Below, in pieces: positions 1 to 40,749 of a DNA stretch of 64,000 nucleotides. Made by a program: the position numbers and the translations under genes. The notes below the pieces were generated by a model. The model was not told where the DNA came from. It saw nothing but the letters and a program-made list of their open reading frames with translations, and searched no databases. Position 1 is the first letter of the stretch; every line of letters begins with the position of its first letter. This stretch comes from Phoronis australis (taxonomy: Eukaryota; Animalia; Phoronida): the NCBI GenBank assembly GCA_002633005.1, contig NMRA01000070.1, forward strand, positions 150,172 through 214,171, written 5' to 3'.

Positions 1-127
1 AAGGGGGCTGTCTTCTCCATCAATTCTAGTTTGGTTCATTCACACTTCAAAACTGTCCCTATTCCTTTTTTTCAACTGAGAAAACATTTCTCAACATTAC
101 ATCACTCATCTGCATTTTGTCCTACAG

Positions 128-26555
<26,428 letters not shown>

Positions 26556-27823
26556 AGGTCAAAGTTCAGCTCATGGGTTTCAGTCTATGTTTATGCTATG
26601 AATCAAAAACAAATATGAACTGTCAGCTGTCGTGGCTTTTTGTGCTATGGTCTACCCCTGGTTTCTTAAAAATTTGACAGTAACATCAAACATTGTAGTG
26701 AGATGTTGACCTTTTTAACCTACCATATCTTATGTGAAGATCATAGTTCAACCATTTGTTGTTCATGATGTAAGGGAGGTATTAATTTTTTAATGAATGA
26801 ACTTTCCCGGCACATACATGTATTTTAGAGAATCTATTAACATGCGTAGCCAGTTTTAGATAAAGGTAGCCTTATTGGAGTGGAAAAAAAGATTTACTTT
26901 GGGAACTGGTTATTGGATTGTAAACCACCGAAAACAGTTGTACACTAGTCATGGTAGTTGTAATCTTACTGGTTTTAGTAGTTGTAGTAGTTCTAGTAGT
27001 TGCGGTGCAGTGAAGGGCTTGGAATTTTCCTCCTTTAAGAGGATTTCCTTGTCCTTGTCTCTTTTTACCATTATTTTGACTTAATTCATGCAAAACCATT
27101 TATTTGAGATAAATTTTATAACACAAAAAATCTGTCTCACAAGTCTCTTTGTGTATCAATACATCACGTGAAAAAATTTCCTGGTTTTTGTCATGGATCA
27201 TTTCAATCCTTGATGTTGTTTGGGATTGAGGTCTGTTGTAGTACAGCTTTCCATCATATTTGTAAATTACTGACTTGAGAGGTCACACAGGCCGGCCTCC
27301 CGTTCAGTAACGCTATGACCTCGCTAAAAGGCAAGACTTCGCGAGATTACGTGAGATACTGCCGTGAATTTCAAATGAGAGCATGTGACTTTGACAAGGT
27401 TTTAGCTAGGTCCTAGCGTAGGTCCTAGCATCTACTGAACGCACGCCAGGTCTAGTGTTGGCCAAGAAGGTCAATTTGGGAGTTTGACCTTGCTGCTGGT
27501 TTTGCTTCTTTATTACCATATGGCGAGTTTATTTTAAAACTTGAATGTTGTAGCATGAGATTTATATTATTGGTAGCCATCAACCTATTTTTGTAATGTA
27601 TATATTATAGTCGCATATACTATGTAGGTGAAGTGTACAGCTGTTGAAATGAAGTATAAAGACTTCATCATCAAAATCTACACCTTCAAGTACAAGATGT
27701 TTGTACACATCATTTTTAAAAATAATAGCTAGTTTTAAAGTAGAATTGGTCTTAGTTATGAAACTTGACCAATGCATTTTATTATCAAACGTGATTGACT
27801 GCAACCTCAAGTCTGAAAAAATG

Positions 27824-27829
27824 AATAAA
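27824..27829 (+). terminator. Candidate polyadenylation signal of Piwi copy 1 (3' UTR ~1.3 kb)
   Basis: AATAAA ~1.27 kb after the stop in AT-rich sequence, followed by T-rich sequence and then TE-derived DNA. Confidence 0.5.
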
Positions 27830-28025
27830 AGTGAAAAAAAAATCGTTTTTATTTGCAACATGACCACTTGAACATGGTTTATAAATTCTTTCAGATACAC
27901 AAGTTTCTTTAAACTCTGGTATCCACCTCAAAGGGGCAAAATCCTAGCACTCGACTGTGCCAAAAGTGACATAGGGTTCAGTGCAGTAATTTTATTTTTA
28001 AAACGATTATTGTGATGTACCCTAG

Positions 28026-29608
28026 AGGCCTTTTCATACTAAGGTCAACGCTTTGATGTTTTGGGGAGATGAGGTCAGTATGAAAGGTTAACTTAGGTTC
28101 TGGATCGAAGTTTACATTGCCAGAGCGTCGACGCTGCGGTGCGGTATGAACGGTCAACTTCGGTCTCACCGACGTTATCGCCAGAGCACTGCTATCGTCA
28201 ACAATTGAAGGGCAATGTCTTCGCTAATAGGGGCTTAGGCCAATATTATGCTCGAATAATCACCAGTCTAATTAGTTTTATGTCATTTAGCACATATAAA
28301 TGTTCTCAAATACGCGATGCATCAGCGATAGTCACCTACCATTTATTACTTGGCGAAATAAATTTCGCCAGGTATGTTGCTCTGTCACTAAGTTTTTTTT
28401 TTTTTTTTTTTTGTTCGCACGATCAACACGAAATTTACACATAACACGTAGTTTCGGAAGTCCTGGAAGCCTATTGTTTTTCGTCCAAGATGGCGGATAT
28501 GGCGGCCATTTTGTTTCATTTTAAGATTCAAATGCTCCTGGAGCCCATAATTTTGTACGTACGGGGCTGAGAATCGGTACAATTAGTGAAGAGGGCGCGT
28601 GCTACATCTGTACTGGAAATTGTTAACTTCCGGTTAAAGATGGCGGAAATATCGGCAATCGCGTATGCGCACCTCGATTTTGGGAAAAAAACGTTTTCTC
28701 CTGTAGAGAACGCATTATAGGGGTAATTCCTCCAAATTTATGCAGGTGTTAGTTTCTTGTGACATTCTATATTCAGATCTGAAAACTGGAAGTTGCTTCC
28801 AAGATGGCGGATTTGGCCTATGTTGACCTATTTTCAGTCTTGCTGGAGTGCCATTTTAAACGGGAAGAGTGAATGACGTGAATTTTTGCATGTGGATTCT
28901 TTGAAGTATAGCCTTTCAAATGACCTGTAACAATTTTTTTCTCAGACTTACCGTTTTCGAGTTATTTGACTTTGAATTTCTTAAAAAAACACAAAATTTC
29001 ATTTTTTTCGAAAAATTTACGGAATTGTGTAATACTATCAATTTAGATAGAGTTTTGAACGAGCTTTCAAAAGATATTTTCCACTTTCCGCTACGACGTC
29101 TACTTTTTGAATTATTCGAGATTTTCTGATAGCGCTGTTCCTTTGTTGAGCGCTCTTACTGCATAGATGTTGGTTAAGCTTCAATTGAACAAGACTAGCC
29201 TATTTCTTACTGATTTATGACATCTAAGTTCGTCATATGAATGTCATGATGTTTGATCATCATCGCCCCAACCATCATGTTCGTCATCATCTCCGTCGTT
29301 GTCTTTTCAGTTAATTTCGCCAAGTGTCGCTCAAGACTGTAGCCTATTTCTTACTGATTTCGGACTTCTACGTTCGTCATGTGTATGTTATTATTACTTC
29401 TATTGTTTATCCACGCCACCTTCGTCGTCATATTCGTCATCATCTTTATCGTCATCTTTTTGGTTAATTTCGCCAAGTGTAGCTCCTCGGAGCGCTTTCA
29501 TTTCGATGTCCGTTAACGACCGAAGCCGGTATGAACGGATCAGTTAACTTCGCAGTTTACGACAACGCTCCGCTCAAACCGGAGTTTTAAGTCAGTATGA
29601 AAGGGCCT
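28026..29608. mobile_element. Harbinger-like MITE interrupted by family B element
   Basis: TIRs AGGCCTTTTCATACT / AGTATGAAAGGGCCT; internal gtatgaacgg repeats on both sides of the insert; no clean TSD. Confidence 0.5.
28346..29498 (+). mobile_element. Family B Helentron/DINE-1-like element copy 3 (complete)
   Basis: 5' hairpin TACTTGGCGAAAT-AA-ATTTCGCCAGGTA; 3' subTIR ATTTCGCCAAGT (29314 and 29467) followed by stem-loop GCTCC-TC-GGAGC and TT. Confidence 0.75.
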
Positions 29609-32600
29609 TGCGTCTACCCTATTAACGAGAAAATTGGACAGCGGTCGTTTTAGCCTTTAAAAGACAACTTGGTTTCTCGTTGTTGATGACATCCTAAGTT
29701 TGTTTTCGCTTTTGGCGTGAGCGCTATCTTCTTGAATTCCTGCAAATCCGTAAATTCCTGTAATCCGTTAATTCTGAAACCATGGGAACATATTGAGAAT
29801 TTTCTAACGTTATGTACCGACCGTCTCCACTGACGAATCATATTTGGGTGCTGCTCATAATTGGCTCAACCGGTGTTGCCAAAACATCAGTTTGCCGAAA
29901 CACGTGTACATTCCATGACCCCCGAGAAAACTTTTCAAGCATCTCCTGATTGAAACTCTGGTCTCTCGGTGCTTGCTGTTGTACCCATGCCAATCGGCAA
30001 AGACTCCGGCGGACAACTTAGCTGTTTCGGTGGGTAAAAGCGTCTCCTAAAATTCTTTGTCGTGACAGGGTTCAGTAAGTTTTCGTTACCAATAAGAACA
30101 TAGAAACCACCACCCTATCTCAGAAATGGCCGATCGGATTCATAAACCTTGTGATGCCATGTGCGTAATGCGCTGATCTCCATTACGCTGTTAAGGATTG
30201 CTTTTAAAATGTTCCAATTTTGCAAGAGGGCTATCAAAAACATGATTTCAATGGTTGTCATGAAAGAAATTTGAATTAAATTTATTTAAAATTTTTTTCA
30301 TGAAAATCAACTAAATTTTAGTTGCAGAAAACGAAAGGGATAAATAAATATTTTAGAAAACTGCAACAGCGTTTTTGAGATATCATGAACATTTCGGTAT
30401 ATAAAACAAAATTTATGCAAAATAAAATTTCACTATGTCATTGATATCGTTGTTTTGCTGACAATGTTATTTTTTGGCTGAACGGTTCTAAAAACGTACG
30501 GCCACGTGACTCAATGGCAGATTAGTAGAATATTGAAACAAAATTCTACTTTCAAAAAACGTGCTTTAACTAAACTGAAATCTATAATTGTGTAGATATT
30601 TGGCTATGATGATACTGACGGAGACAATTCAGTAGCAAATTTGTTTTCGTTACAGAATCTGTTTCGATTCATGCATTTTCGTTTTGCTAAATAAATTTCA
30701 TCTCTATCGACATTGCAGGGATTTATTTCTCGAAGATAATTGTTTTTTAAAAGTCATCTTTGTTTGCCATTCCTGAAAGACCTCGGATCAGTGGTACACG
30801 TTTCCAACCAGGGACATTTTTGCACTGAAATATTTTCGCTTAATGATTCTAAAATCCAATTTTTCCTAGCATTCTTATGTTCGACAAGTAGTACCTGGCA
30901 CTTTTTTGTGAAATAAACTTTCATTTTATGCCAGCAAAGGTGCTTACATAACCACGCCGCTTTAAATGTCACAGGTCTTTTGGTAGAGTATTTTAGTCGT
31001 AGTAAACTGGAGAGACACCTTAACGCAGACGCAGTTAAGCCTTAACGCAGACGCAGTTAAGCCCCGATTTTTCAAAATCATATTTAACATATTAGGCCTA
31101 GGTACAGCCGCAAAACCAAAACCGGTTGACAGGGCAAACCATATATCCACCTGGACTGACGGATGAATTCCTAGATCGGGTAAGTGAAATGTAACACCAA
31201 TGACTAGCCTGAGTGGAAATTCAGCCACAGAAATGTTACTCATAAAAATAAATGCTTTGATTGAGTAATGTCTGTAAATTCTGGTTTTGCAGCTAAAATC
31301 TGAATATTTTCACGTGTTGTCTTCAGCAGGGCTTTCTCGAACACCCGTTTCCAGTATTATTGAAACTCCCTGTTTTGTCGTCAAGGGAGGATTGGATTTA
31401 CATGTTTTTATACAATTTATTGGAATAATATTTATTTTCTGATACGTTAGACACTTCTTACCTCAAAAACATACTTTCTAAAACACAACAACTGTAGTAA
31501 AGCCACGAACAAGATTTTCGCCACAGCTGCCGGCATATGTGTGACGTCAGCGGTCCAAGGGGTCTTTAGTCAACATCGTGTCTGGTAATGACTTCCTGCT
31601 ACTCGGTATAATTATTGGGTCATGTTACCACATAAGCCTCGTTCCTATTAATAATACTGAAAGCTCCCCTATTTGGTGAAGGCGGGACGTACGTGGTATG
31701 AATAAAGCCTACTGGTGTACAGTCACCTGCCAGTATTACGGAATGAACCTTGTGTTGTGAATAGGCATCACGTCGCTGAAAGCCGTAAGAGCCACGGGTT
31801 ACAGACGCAGTCGCTTTATTTTCCTGTCTACGCACATGTACCGAGCTGAGGATAATGAATTTTTTCAAGGTGAGTCTAGGAACCAGTAAGAGTTAAGAAT
31901 GTAAATACAAACAGTGCAATGAGGGGATGTCATTTGCGGTTCATCAGACTTGCGCAGGCCTCATGGTTGGGGCGGTAAACAAGTGAATTTCAAAAAGTCG
32001 GCCGAGACGCTTTGTCGTGCCAATGTTGCCGATTTGATCAGGAAAATCTCGATGTCATGGCATTCACTCGGTGTTAGTGATGTTAACAAATGACGGTGAT
32101 CAGCGAACGTGTGTAGTCGCAGATAAAATGTGTAACACAAATTGCTCCCAGATTGAGATATGGTTATCTCTTCGTGCTACTAGGCAACCATATGATCAGC
32201 TGGATTGCAGTTGCCTTTGTCTTTTCTAGCGGCTGATGAAAGTGCCTGTGATACTTGCTTGTTGAAATCGTCAACATCAGTCGTCCTTTCCTGTGGTGTC
32301 TTGTGATTTGTCGGTTTTATGGTTCCCCGGATGTTTCTTTTATTTACTTTCCTGGCGGTAGGTTGTTTGCAGTCTCTCTTTGGGAGTTCAGGCCGTCATG
32401 AGCGAGCACGTCGACTGGGTTATATATTGAAGCTTGAGTAGCTGTGCTTTAACTGGTGAGTACGGTACTTTTAAAGGCCCTCAGCATTTGTACTTTCTTT
32501 TCTGGGAGGCCGTTGGTTTGCACTAGGACCTAGTACAGGATCAATAATATATTTTACACTGTAAGCGGTCACTGTAAGCTATATAATTACGCTGATGACA

Positions 32601-32769
32601 ACACCCTCTCCTTACGTCCTTTGTCAGGAAAGCTTGAATTTAGAGAGTCTGGATACGGTCTCAGAGGTGAAAACTGTCTCTATGTAAAACGTTTTAGGGG
32701 GTTGTATACACTGGTCAAATCTCCAGATTTCTTTCTGAAATAAGTAAATAAAGGGGGTTTTATCTAGTT

Positions 32770-33216
32770 AGAAATGACTCTGAAAGTGACAGAAATGGAA
32801 AAAAAATTGTTGCATGTAGTTCGTTTTTTTAAAATGTCGTATTTTTCAATTTTCAAAAAATCCAAATTTGCCTCGATTTTTTTTTCAAAATGCGCAGGGA
32901 TTATCTTCAACTATTTCCTTACGCAATATTCTACTTATCCATACCAAATATATGTACAAAATCATTATGATCTTGATTTTGTGGCATTTTTGCGTGTGAA
33001 TTGGGGCAAGAACGCCACTTTCTGTCATTTGGTCACTTTCCGTCTAATATCTAAAAATCTGGTCAATGTATCAAAAACTCTGGCACCCGATTTTGCTTCA
33101 ATTCTAGAGGATTTCAAATTTGCAACCATGACCTACGGGTGTAACTCTATCTCCCATAAGGGTACTTGACTATGGAACTCATTGCCATGGGCAATGAGAC
33201 AATGTACTACCTTTAA
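32770..33216. mobile_element. DNA transposon fragment, same family as 17180-17490
   Basis: High similarity to 17180-17490; ends GTACTACCTTTAA. Confidence 0.45.
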
Positions 33217-35296
33217 AATGAATTTGTCACACTGGCTGATGATTTTTTCTCTAAGAACTGCTCCTGTGAGATCTGCTGCAGATGTCTACGTACCCCGTAT
33301 GTATACCTACTTTTATGTTTATATTTATGTTTTAGTTCTATATATTTTCTGTTCTGTATAATTAGCTTGTATTTTAAGTTTTTGTAGTTTAAATTTTTAG
33401 ATTTTTAAAAAAATGTCGGATAATTGCACTTCTTATGCTAATGTTTCACTGTTAAACCTCACTGACTTTTAAATGAAGATAATACTACTACTGCTCATGT
33501 GCTGGCCAACGGGCTGGTTACTTGAATATGAGACCACATCCTCATAGGGCCTATACAGGTGAAAGTTTACCGGCCTGGCCGTAAATCCACTGGCCCCGGT
33601 ATTTCGAACGCTGTTGGTTTGTGGCGAGCGTAAGTGTATCTTTAATACAACTGCTGGTTTCTTTTTCTAAACCATTCATTTTACGTTCTGTTTCAAGGCA
33701 TGATGGCTACATTTTGAGAATATCCAAGGGCTCTTTAATGTTGATCTGTTTTAGTTTTGACGCTGATGATTCCTTGCTGCTAAAGTTGGATTTACCTTGT
33801 TACTGCTCATTGATCTAATTTCAGAAAATCTACTGGTTTCTTTATTCCAGTCTGTTTTAGCTATGCTGTTCTAATTAGCACTGAGACATGATAATTTAAT
33901 TTTGAGAGAGTTTGGTGTTACGCAAGTGCGTCTTGACGTATGTAGATGCCTGTGTAGCTGACTATTGAAAATTCCCTACCAACAGGCCTGTGCCAAGCAA
34001 ACCAATTTAACTAGAAAAAAATAATTAAGGCATCGATCGCGCACTAGCTCCGCCTCTCCTCGTTCGCTCAAACACGCGCGATCCATGTAGTAACGGCGTG
34101 TTACAATATTCTTTGTTACTGATGCGCGTTTAAAAATAATAGGTTTCTTTTCACGTGAATGACTGCCAGTTTGGTAAAAGCTTACTTAGTTGACCCTGTA
34201 GAATTACAAAAGGCACATATATGCCTGTCCAGTCTTTGTAAAACTCGCGTACATGAAGGCCTCATGAAAACTTATTTAATCCAATACGTGTTGGATTACA
34301 TAAGGTTTGCTGGCATGTTAGTGCGAAGCATATGTTAAACCCGCTTCGTGTTTCTCTTCTAGCATAGACAAAGGAAAATACTGGGCATTAGGCAAATATT
34401 ACTTTGACAGGATTACCACTTTGGACTATTTACACTGACAGTGTAAACAGACAAGAGGCGGTGTAAATAGACCAAGAGGTTTTAATAATAGTTGTAACAC
34501 GCCACCACCTCAGAGCGTTTTAGAAAGTCAGTGGAATGTACTTTGTTATTAATACAAGGTTAAACATTAAAAGGCCTCATTCCTGTCTTCGGTGATTATA
34601 ATATCAACCTCATGATGTAAACTAGTTTCGTAGTGGGTTAGACTATCGCAACATCTGTTATGTGCTGAGTACTGATGCAGGAAATACAGTGTGGATAGAA
34701 AGAGACCACGACCAGAGGTGACGCTAGTGTACTTAGAAATCAAAGTTTATCCGTTCCAGTGAATAAGGCTTAGATTGGGTGGCCTCAGCTGCATATCCTT
34801 GCAACATAAATAACAATGCAGCATGCATAACAAATGAGCATTTTATTGAAAATAACACATAGTGTTTGGGAATATTTTAGAGGTAAAGGATAAGGAAAGG
34901 GGAAAGACTTTCACACGCAAACACATTCACTCAATTAAGCAAGCTTTTATTTACATTAACATGTCGACCTTGTTACAATAAGACGCGAAGTAGTTTAAAA
35001 TACCACCATTTCTTTGTCAAAGATACTATATTGTTTTATTCATTTTAAACCCTCCTCTTCTTAAAAGTTTTATGTTCATACGAAGTAAGTTGAAAGTTGC
35101 TAAATTTTCAACAGTTTCGCGGCGAAAATGATTTGTTCAAAAATCACTTAACCGTATCCAATAAGTATTATCGAGGTTTGGTGTTGGGTAATAACCTGCT
35201 TGATGCAGGCATTATATGCAGGCCATGTGATCCCCCCGTATTGCATCATTAGTGCAAAGGTCACCTATTTGGATTTTTTTGTTTTCACATTTACTT

Positions 35297-36018
35297 TTTA
35301 TGATCGACATATGTCCCGGATAATAGATAAATGATACGTGCGTCGCAAGCTCGTTACCAGAGATGAAAGGAGACTGATGTAGGCGATATAAGGTCATTTA
35401 TTATGACTAGTACAATTACAATAAAATGAATACATGTAAATAAGTATAATAGGTAATCTCTGGTAAGATGGGCAATAAAAAGCGCCGGCCACGTGGAAGT
35501 ACGAGAGAATGACGAAAACTGGGAGGAAGAGGGTGGGAAAATTGAATGAGTTTTTGACGTACGACAATGTGGCCGGAACAAAGTGAATTGAAAGCGAGGT
35601 TACAATAACAAAGAAAAACGTCCCTAAAGACACGTGACAATCATCAGCCTATAAGAGCCAAGAGCTGACCAAACTCGAGGCACGTGATAACAACAGACCA
35701 ATGCAAAGGCTGGAAAAACGTCGTGTAGTCCTGCACAAGGGAATAATGGAATAGACCAAGATGAGGGGGAAAAGGAGTAAGGCGAGTCCATATGCTCACA
35801 TAAATATATTTAACGAGTGAAATACCATTTATGATCGACATATGTCCCGGATAATAGATAAATGATACGTGCGTCGCAAGCTCGTTACCAGAGCTGAAAG
35901 GAGACTGATGTAGGCGATATAAGGTCATTTATTATGACTAGTACAATTACAATAAAATGAATACAGGTAAATAAGTATAATAGGTAATCTCTGGTAAGAT
36001 GGGCAATAAAAAGCGCCA
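35297..36018. repeat. Pair of ~190-bp near-identical direct repeats (35297-35486, 35828-36017) flanking ~340 bp; small non-autonomous retroelement-like unit
   Basis: tttatgatcgacatatgtccc...aataaaaagcgcc occurs twice, offset 531. Confidence 0.7.
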
Positions 36019-37449
36019 CAGAGATGTTGTAAGTTTTTAGCGTAGATGATGTTCAGGGAGCATTGCCGTTTAGTTCCTGCTCTAAATTAGCACAGTTAGG
36101 AGCATGCCAAGACATTTCAGTTGCAGAATTATCAATTGCAGATAGTAAAAACTTCTTTAACATTTCAGTTGCAGAATTATCAATTGCAGATAGTATCTGC
36201 TGATGCCAAGGACATTAACTACATGAGCGTATGCCGTTCTGTCACCCTGTCTGCAACACCGCTGTCGTGGTATATGAATAGCGTCAACACCATGAGAGCA
36301 GAATGACAGGTCAAACTAACATTACCCTCTAAGACCGTCATATCTAATGCAAAATTGGACCGTCATATCATTATTAGTTCAAATAAGACCGTTATCATTA
36401 TTAGCTCAAAGGACACCATCTGCACCCGTACAGAAAACCATCACTACAAGACCGTTCTCGTTATTAGCAGAAGTAAGACCAGCTGTCACTGCAGGTTACT
36501 TGTACTTGCAGATGAATTGGGTTGCGTCACTACACTAGCGCCTTCCATCCCAGTACAGCAGGCATCCGGCATGAATATGCATCACATCGACGGAAGTATA
36601 AAAACCATGGACCACAGAACCACTTGCTTCATTTCCTCTATCTTCAAGATGAAGAGAAACACTTTGGTGAGTTGACTATAGGTACCTCTCTAACTCAACT
36701 GTTTGAAGTTTTTTTCTAAACTTTAATTCGAAAAAATCCCCAAACAGCGAATTTCAAAAGACTATTCACCCTATTTCTTGTTTTCCAATGTTAAAACGTG
36801 AAGCGTCCTGTTGTACTTCCCTGTTAATTAGTCTATCGTGTTTGTTTTCAGCGGCAGTAATTTTTAAATTTCATTTTGTGTGCGTGGTACCGAGTTTTTT
36901 TTTGTTTGGTCATTCGTCTAATTTATACTCAAGATTCAAGACTCCTTTTCAAGACCCGTTTTTTCCGTTTTGTAGAACTATCCCTGAAGTTGTCTAAAGG
37001 TTTACCAACACTTCATCTGTGGTGAGTTTATAAGTACGATTCTTCAAATATTTTTATTGTTTCGAAAGCAAGCATTAACATTTGTTTAGTCAGCTAATAT
37101 TTTTAGAAGTAATATCATAAGTTTTACTATCCTGCTCATTCGATACGAAGTTCGTCTTTTTCCGTGTGACGTTATCCTGTGTAACGTCGTACGGAAAATG
37201 CCGATATTGTATCGAATGGGCGTGGTTTCAATGAACGCTTCGACGTTGAATATAGTTATATACCGGTACGTATACAAGCTACATTACAATAATCCTCCAA
37301 GGAATTCTATTTCAGACGGAGTAGTCATTAATCCGTGTTATTGTCAAACAAATTAGCAATTAAGTGCATGCTTCATACACGGCAACGATGAAACATATAA
37401 TATATACTGTACTATCCGCGAACTGACTAATAAATACCCTGAAGTTGTC

Positions 37450-38900
37450 TAACCTGAATTTTCTATCCATTCGTATTTCTACCAAACAAGTCTCATAAAT
37501 TTGGGTTTGGCCGTGGGAGACATGATGGCGAATGAGTTCTCACATCGAAACCCAGAATTTTTGTAACCGTCTTCGGTTGTTTTCCCGCTCTCTCAATTAC
37601 CCTTTTGGGTATTAACATCTCTCTCTATTCGTGGTACCTGTGAAAGACAATACTCACACAGCGATTTACGTTTGAAAATAAGGTACAAGTCTTGGTATTT
37701 TTCCTCAAAAAGCGTCATTAAGATACAGGGTGTAATCTTTGTCACGTATTGTCTCCCTTTTCAAAATCAAAGCCAAGGGGGGGGGGGTGTAGGAGTCGTT
37801 TCCTCGAACTGATTACACATTCGTAGGAAAAGAAACCTTTTTCTTTTGTGGTCTCGCACACGTTAAAAAATTTCACGTAACCGCAACCAGCTTATAGGTA
37901 ATACACAATGTCTTGAAACAGAAAATGATCTGTTTTTGAACACCTAAAGTTATCGTAACAGTTGGCATTTGTTCACAAAACGCAACACTTGTAGGCAGCT
38001 CAGATCGTAATTTCTCGAATTGAAGCAATGGCCGGACTCTGTTTCAGGTAACCACCAAATTCGGCGGTCAAAAGGAAGTGACGAGGAAGAGGTTGGTTTA
38101 TCATTGTCGCTTTCGTAAGCGTCATCTACTCCAACGTCGTCTGCCACATACCCCCGAGTCGTGGCCTGAAATCTTCGAAGACCAACGCAAACTTCTCATC
38201 ACAAAGAAGGCGGTATGGGAGGTCACTAATAATGCAAGATGTTGATTCATTTTAACCACTACTTTGGGTCACCATTAGATGCAAAACACAGTCGACCTTC
38301 AAATCCAGCGACGTTTACCTGCCACAGAAACACTGGTGACCTCGTGTTCTTTCTCTCATGTTAGTTTAGGCACTCCAACTGTTTCCGTTAATTTCATGAT
38401 TGTTTCTATATCAAAAGAGGCCCTTTAGGGGTGGTAGGAATTTTTATTGGGAACGACATATCCCTCTTCCACCACTTTTTCGAAAACTGTGAGTGGTGTT
38501 GGATACGGTTTAACAGGAAAACCGTGCCTGACCCTTCGATCGCATGTTTGTTGGTGTCTAGCTACTTGGTACGCGGTATTCCAAAAAGAACCACAGATGT
38601 TGCAATGGTAAGACCCTCTGTGCGTCTTGAATTCGTGAATATACGAAAAATGGCTTTCATACAAGTTGAAAAAACGTTCGTCGTCAAACTCGCGATGGGT
38701 TCGACTAAGCAAGCGATCAATGACGCCATCTTCGGGTTCTTCCAACGCGTATGCATAGATGCAGGTTAGAAACACGTTCACTATTTCCTGAACATCACTG
38801 AGCAAAAATCTGTGAAACTGATTCGATAGGATACTACTTTGACGAAGATATTGAGCGTAAAGTTGTCAGAACACCGTATGGCTATTCATTCCTTGTACAC
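37450..38900 (-). pseudogene. Decayed protein-primed family B DNA polymerase, Polinton/Maverick- or adintovirus-like endogenous viral fragment
   Basis: Colinear motifs across stops and frameshifts: NLYESHFSYI, CNIC..RHQQTC, HP*RASFDIE (Exo I-like), FNSRNYDL (Exo II-like), KGFFSYE, LFEEKYQDLYLIFKR, IVFHRYHE, KILGFD (start of Pol motif A). Confidence 0.75.
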
Positions 38901-39261
38901 TATATGGCGTCATGGTGAGGCGAAATTAGCTATGACCAGTTGGAGAACAAATCTCTGTACTTGTGGAGGTGATATCCAAAGGCAATGAGCCCATCTCGTC
39001 TTGCAATGGTTAATAAGATCTTTGCGTCTAAACTCTGAAAGATGATCTCGTGTTTCAGCTATGATCAGATTGCCATTGTGTTACATTTTGAATGCTAATT
39101 AAAAACTTGAAAATATTTTATTCAGGCCAAATGGGAGGCGGTGGTAATCTAGAGAAATTTGTGGTAATTTGATTTCGATTTATCCTAGTGTAATCTGAAT
39201 TGAGGAAATTTTTACTCGGGATTACCGTAACATCTGGTAAAAGCAAATATCACAGCTTTTG

Positions 39262-39666
39262 ATTCTTTGGTCACACGATGTTGCTCGCCTGGCCCGTCTT
39301 TGGTTCTGTAGTCTTAAGTTGTGGTCTGGTTCTGGAAACGTGCCCCGTAGTCTGAGGTTGTGGTCTATGGTAGATCCGGTCTGCTCTGGTCCCAAGAGCC
39401 AGTGCCTTAAATACTACTCTTAGTGGCATCACGTGATGGACCCACCTCTATACGTACATATATGTACATCTCCCTATAACGAGCTAAATATAACGATCTA
39501 ACTGACTATCCCCTAGAATATTCTTGCATAACTGCCGCTATTCCTGTTTTTACTACAACAGAGGTAGCATATCCCTGGAATTTCTTGCACAACATCCGTG
39601 ATAAGTTCTGCTAAAGACCAAAACATGTTCGCATGCACGTGCAGTGGATAGTGTCATTATATTATA
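39262..39666 (-). mobile_element. Truncated 3' LTR (copy a) preceded by PPT at 39667-39678
   Basis: Minus strand AAAAGGGGGGAG|TATAATATAATGAC..., homologous to 43960-44410. Confidence 0.7.
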
Positions 39667-40339
39667 CTCCCCCCTTTTGTTAAGCCAAAAATTTACATAA
39701 TAATTATTTGGGCATCTGTGCAATGCCCTGACAGTATAAAGTTTCTACAGGCGATCATTATACAATTGTGCGAGATCTCAGATATAAGCGAAGTGAGTAA
39801 TAAAACAAAGAGAGTCGTCAGTCTCCAGATAATCATTAAAACAAGTTAACAAACCGAATCCCACAACCACTCTAAACTAGTCAGATTAAAACGAATATAA
39901 TGAAATCACACACATCTACATTATTAAACCATACTCCATACCAATGCAACATTACGTTACTATACCGTACCAATGCAACATTACGTTACTATACCGTACC
40001 AATGCAACATTACGTTTCTATACCGTACCAATGCAACATTACGTTACTATACCGTACCAATGCAACATTACGTTACTATACCGTACCAATGCAACATTAC
40101 GTTACTAAACTATTGCTCGTGCTAACTAAATATTTATGCTATACCTCAAATCAGTTTAATCAACTGAAAGTGTAGTTATGTGACGCTACACCTCAAATCA
40201 AACTAACTAAAAATATAGCGCATTACACCTCGTATCAACACAACTATGACAAAATTACACCTCATCTGTTTTGAAATTATATGGCGAAATCACGCCCCTT
40301 GTCGAACTTTATTCTTTGTGGAACTATACATGAATTATA

Positions 40340-40749
40340 CCGACATCTGCCTAGAGTTGCAGCGGGTGAGTCTGCGGCGCGTGAAAGAAATCGGCCGCCA
40401 GCAGACTCGGGGATATCTGCTACAGCTACGCGCATATGCCTGGTCGGCCGCCCCCCTATTTCTACGTCTAACATATAAACGTCGATTACGTCAATCTGAC
40501 GCTTCCGTCGGTCGTACCGGACCCATGCATATGTGACGTCGGTCTTACGTGGGCAGCCCCACGACTGATTGTCGCAGGGGAGTCCCATCAGATCCCGCGT
40601 CATGACTTCTAGTACCTTGGCGAAGCCCTCCAGAGACAAGACAGTGACGTCAGCACTTGGGTCCAGCCTAAAAAAATCCATTGCCCTTCTATCGCCGCGT
40701 CCATGTGTACGGCCGGCAGGGTCTGGTAGGTTGGTCCGGCGTCTTTCAT
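40340..40749 (-). pseudogene. LTR-element accessory ORF-D paralog with frameshift in a T-run
   Basis: MKDAGPTYQTLPAVHMDAAIEGQWI/FFRLDPSADVTVLSLEGFAKVLE...; homologous to 47499-47900; acceptor ttacAG 10 nt before ATG. Confidence 0.7.

Noticed and set aside
35340-35400. Possible hammerhead ribozyme (GAAA...CTGATG) suggesting a retrozyme or Penelope element
   Set aside because: The core reads CTGATGT rather than CTGANGA, and the stems and motif order do not fit.
39222-39245. GTAACA-TC-TGGT as a plus-strand LTR end plus PBS
   Set aside because: No partner LTR and no convincing tRNA complementarity could be identified.
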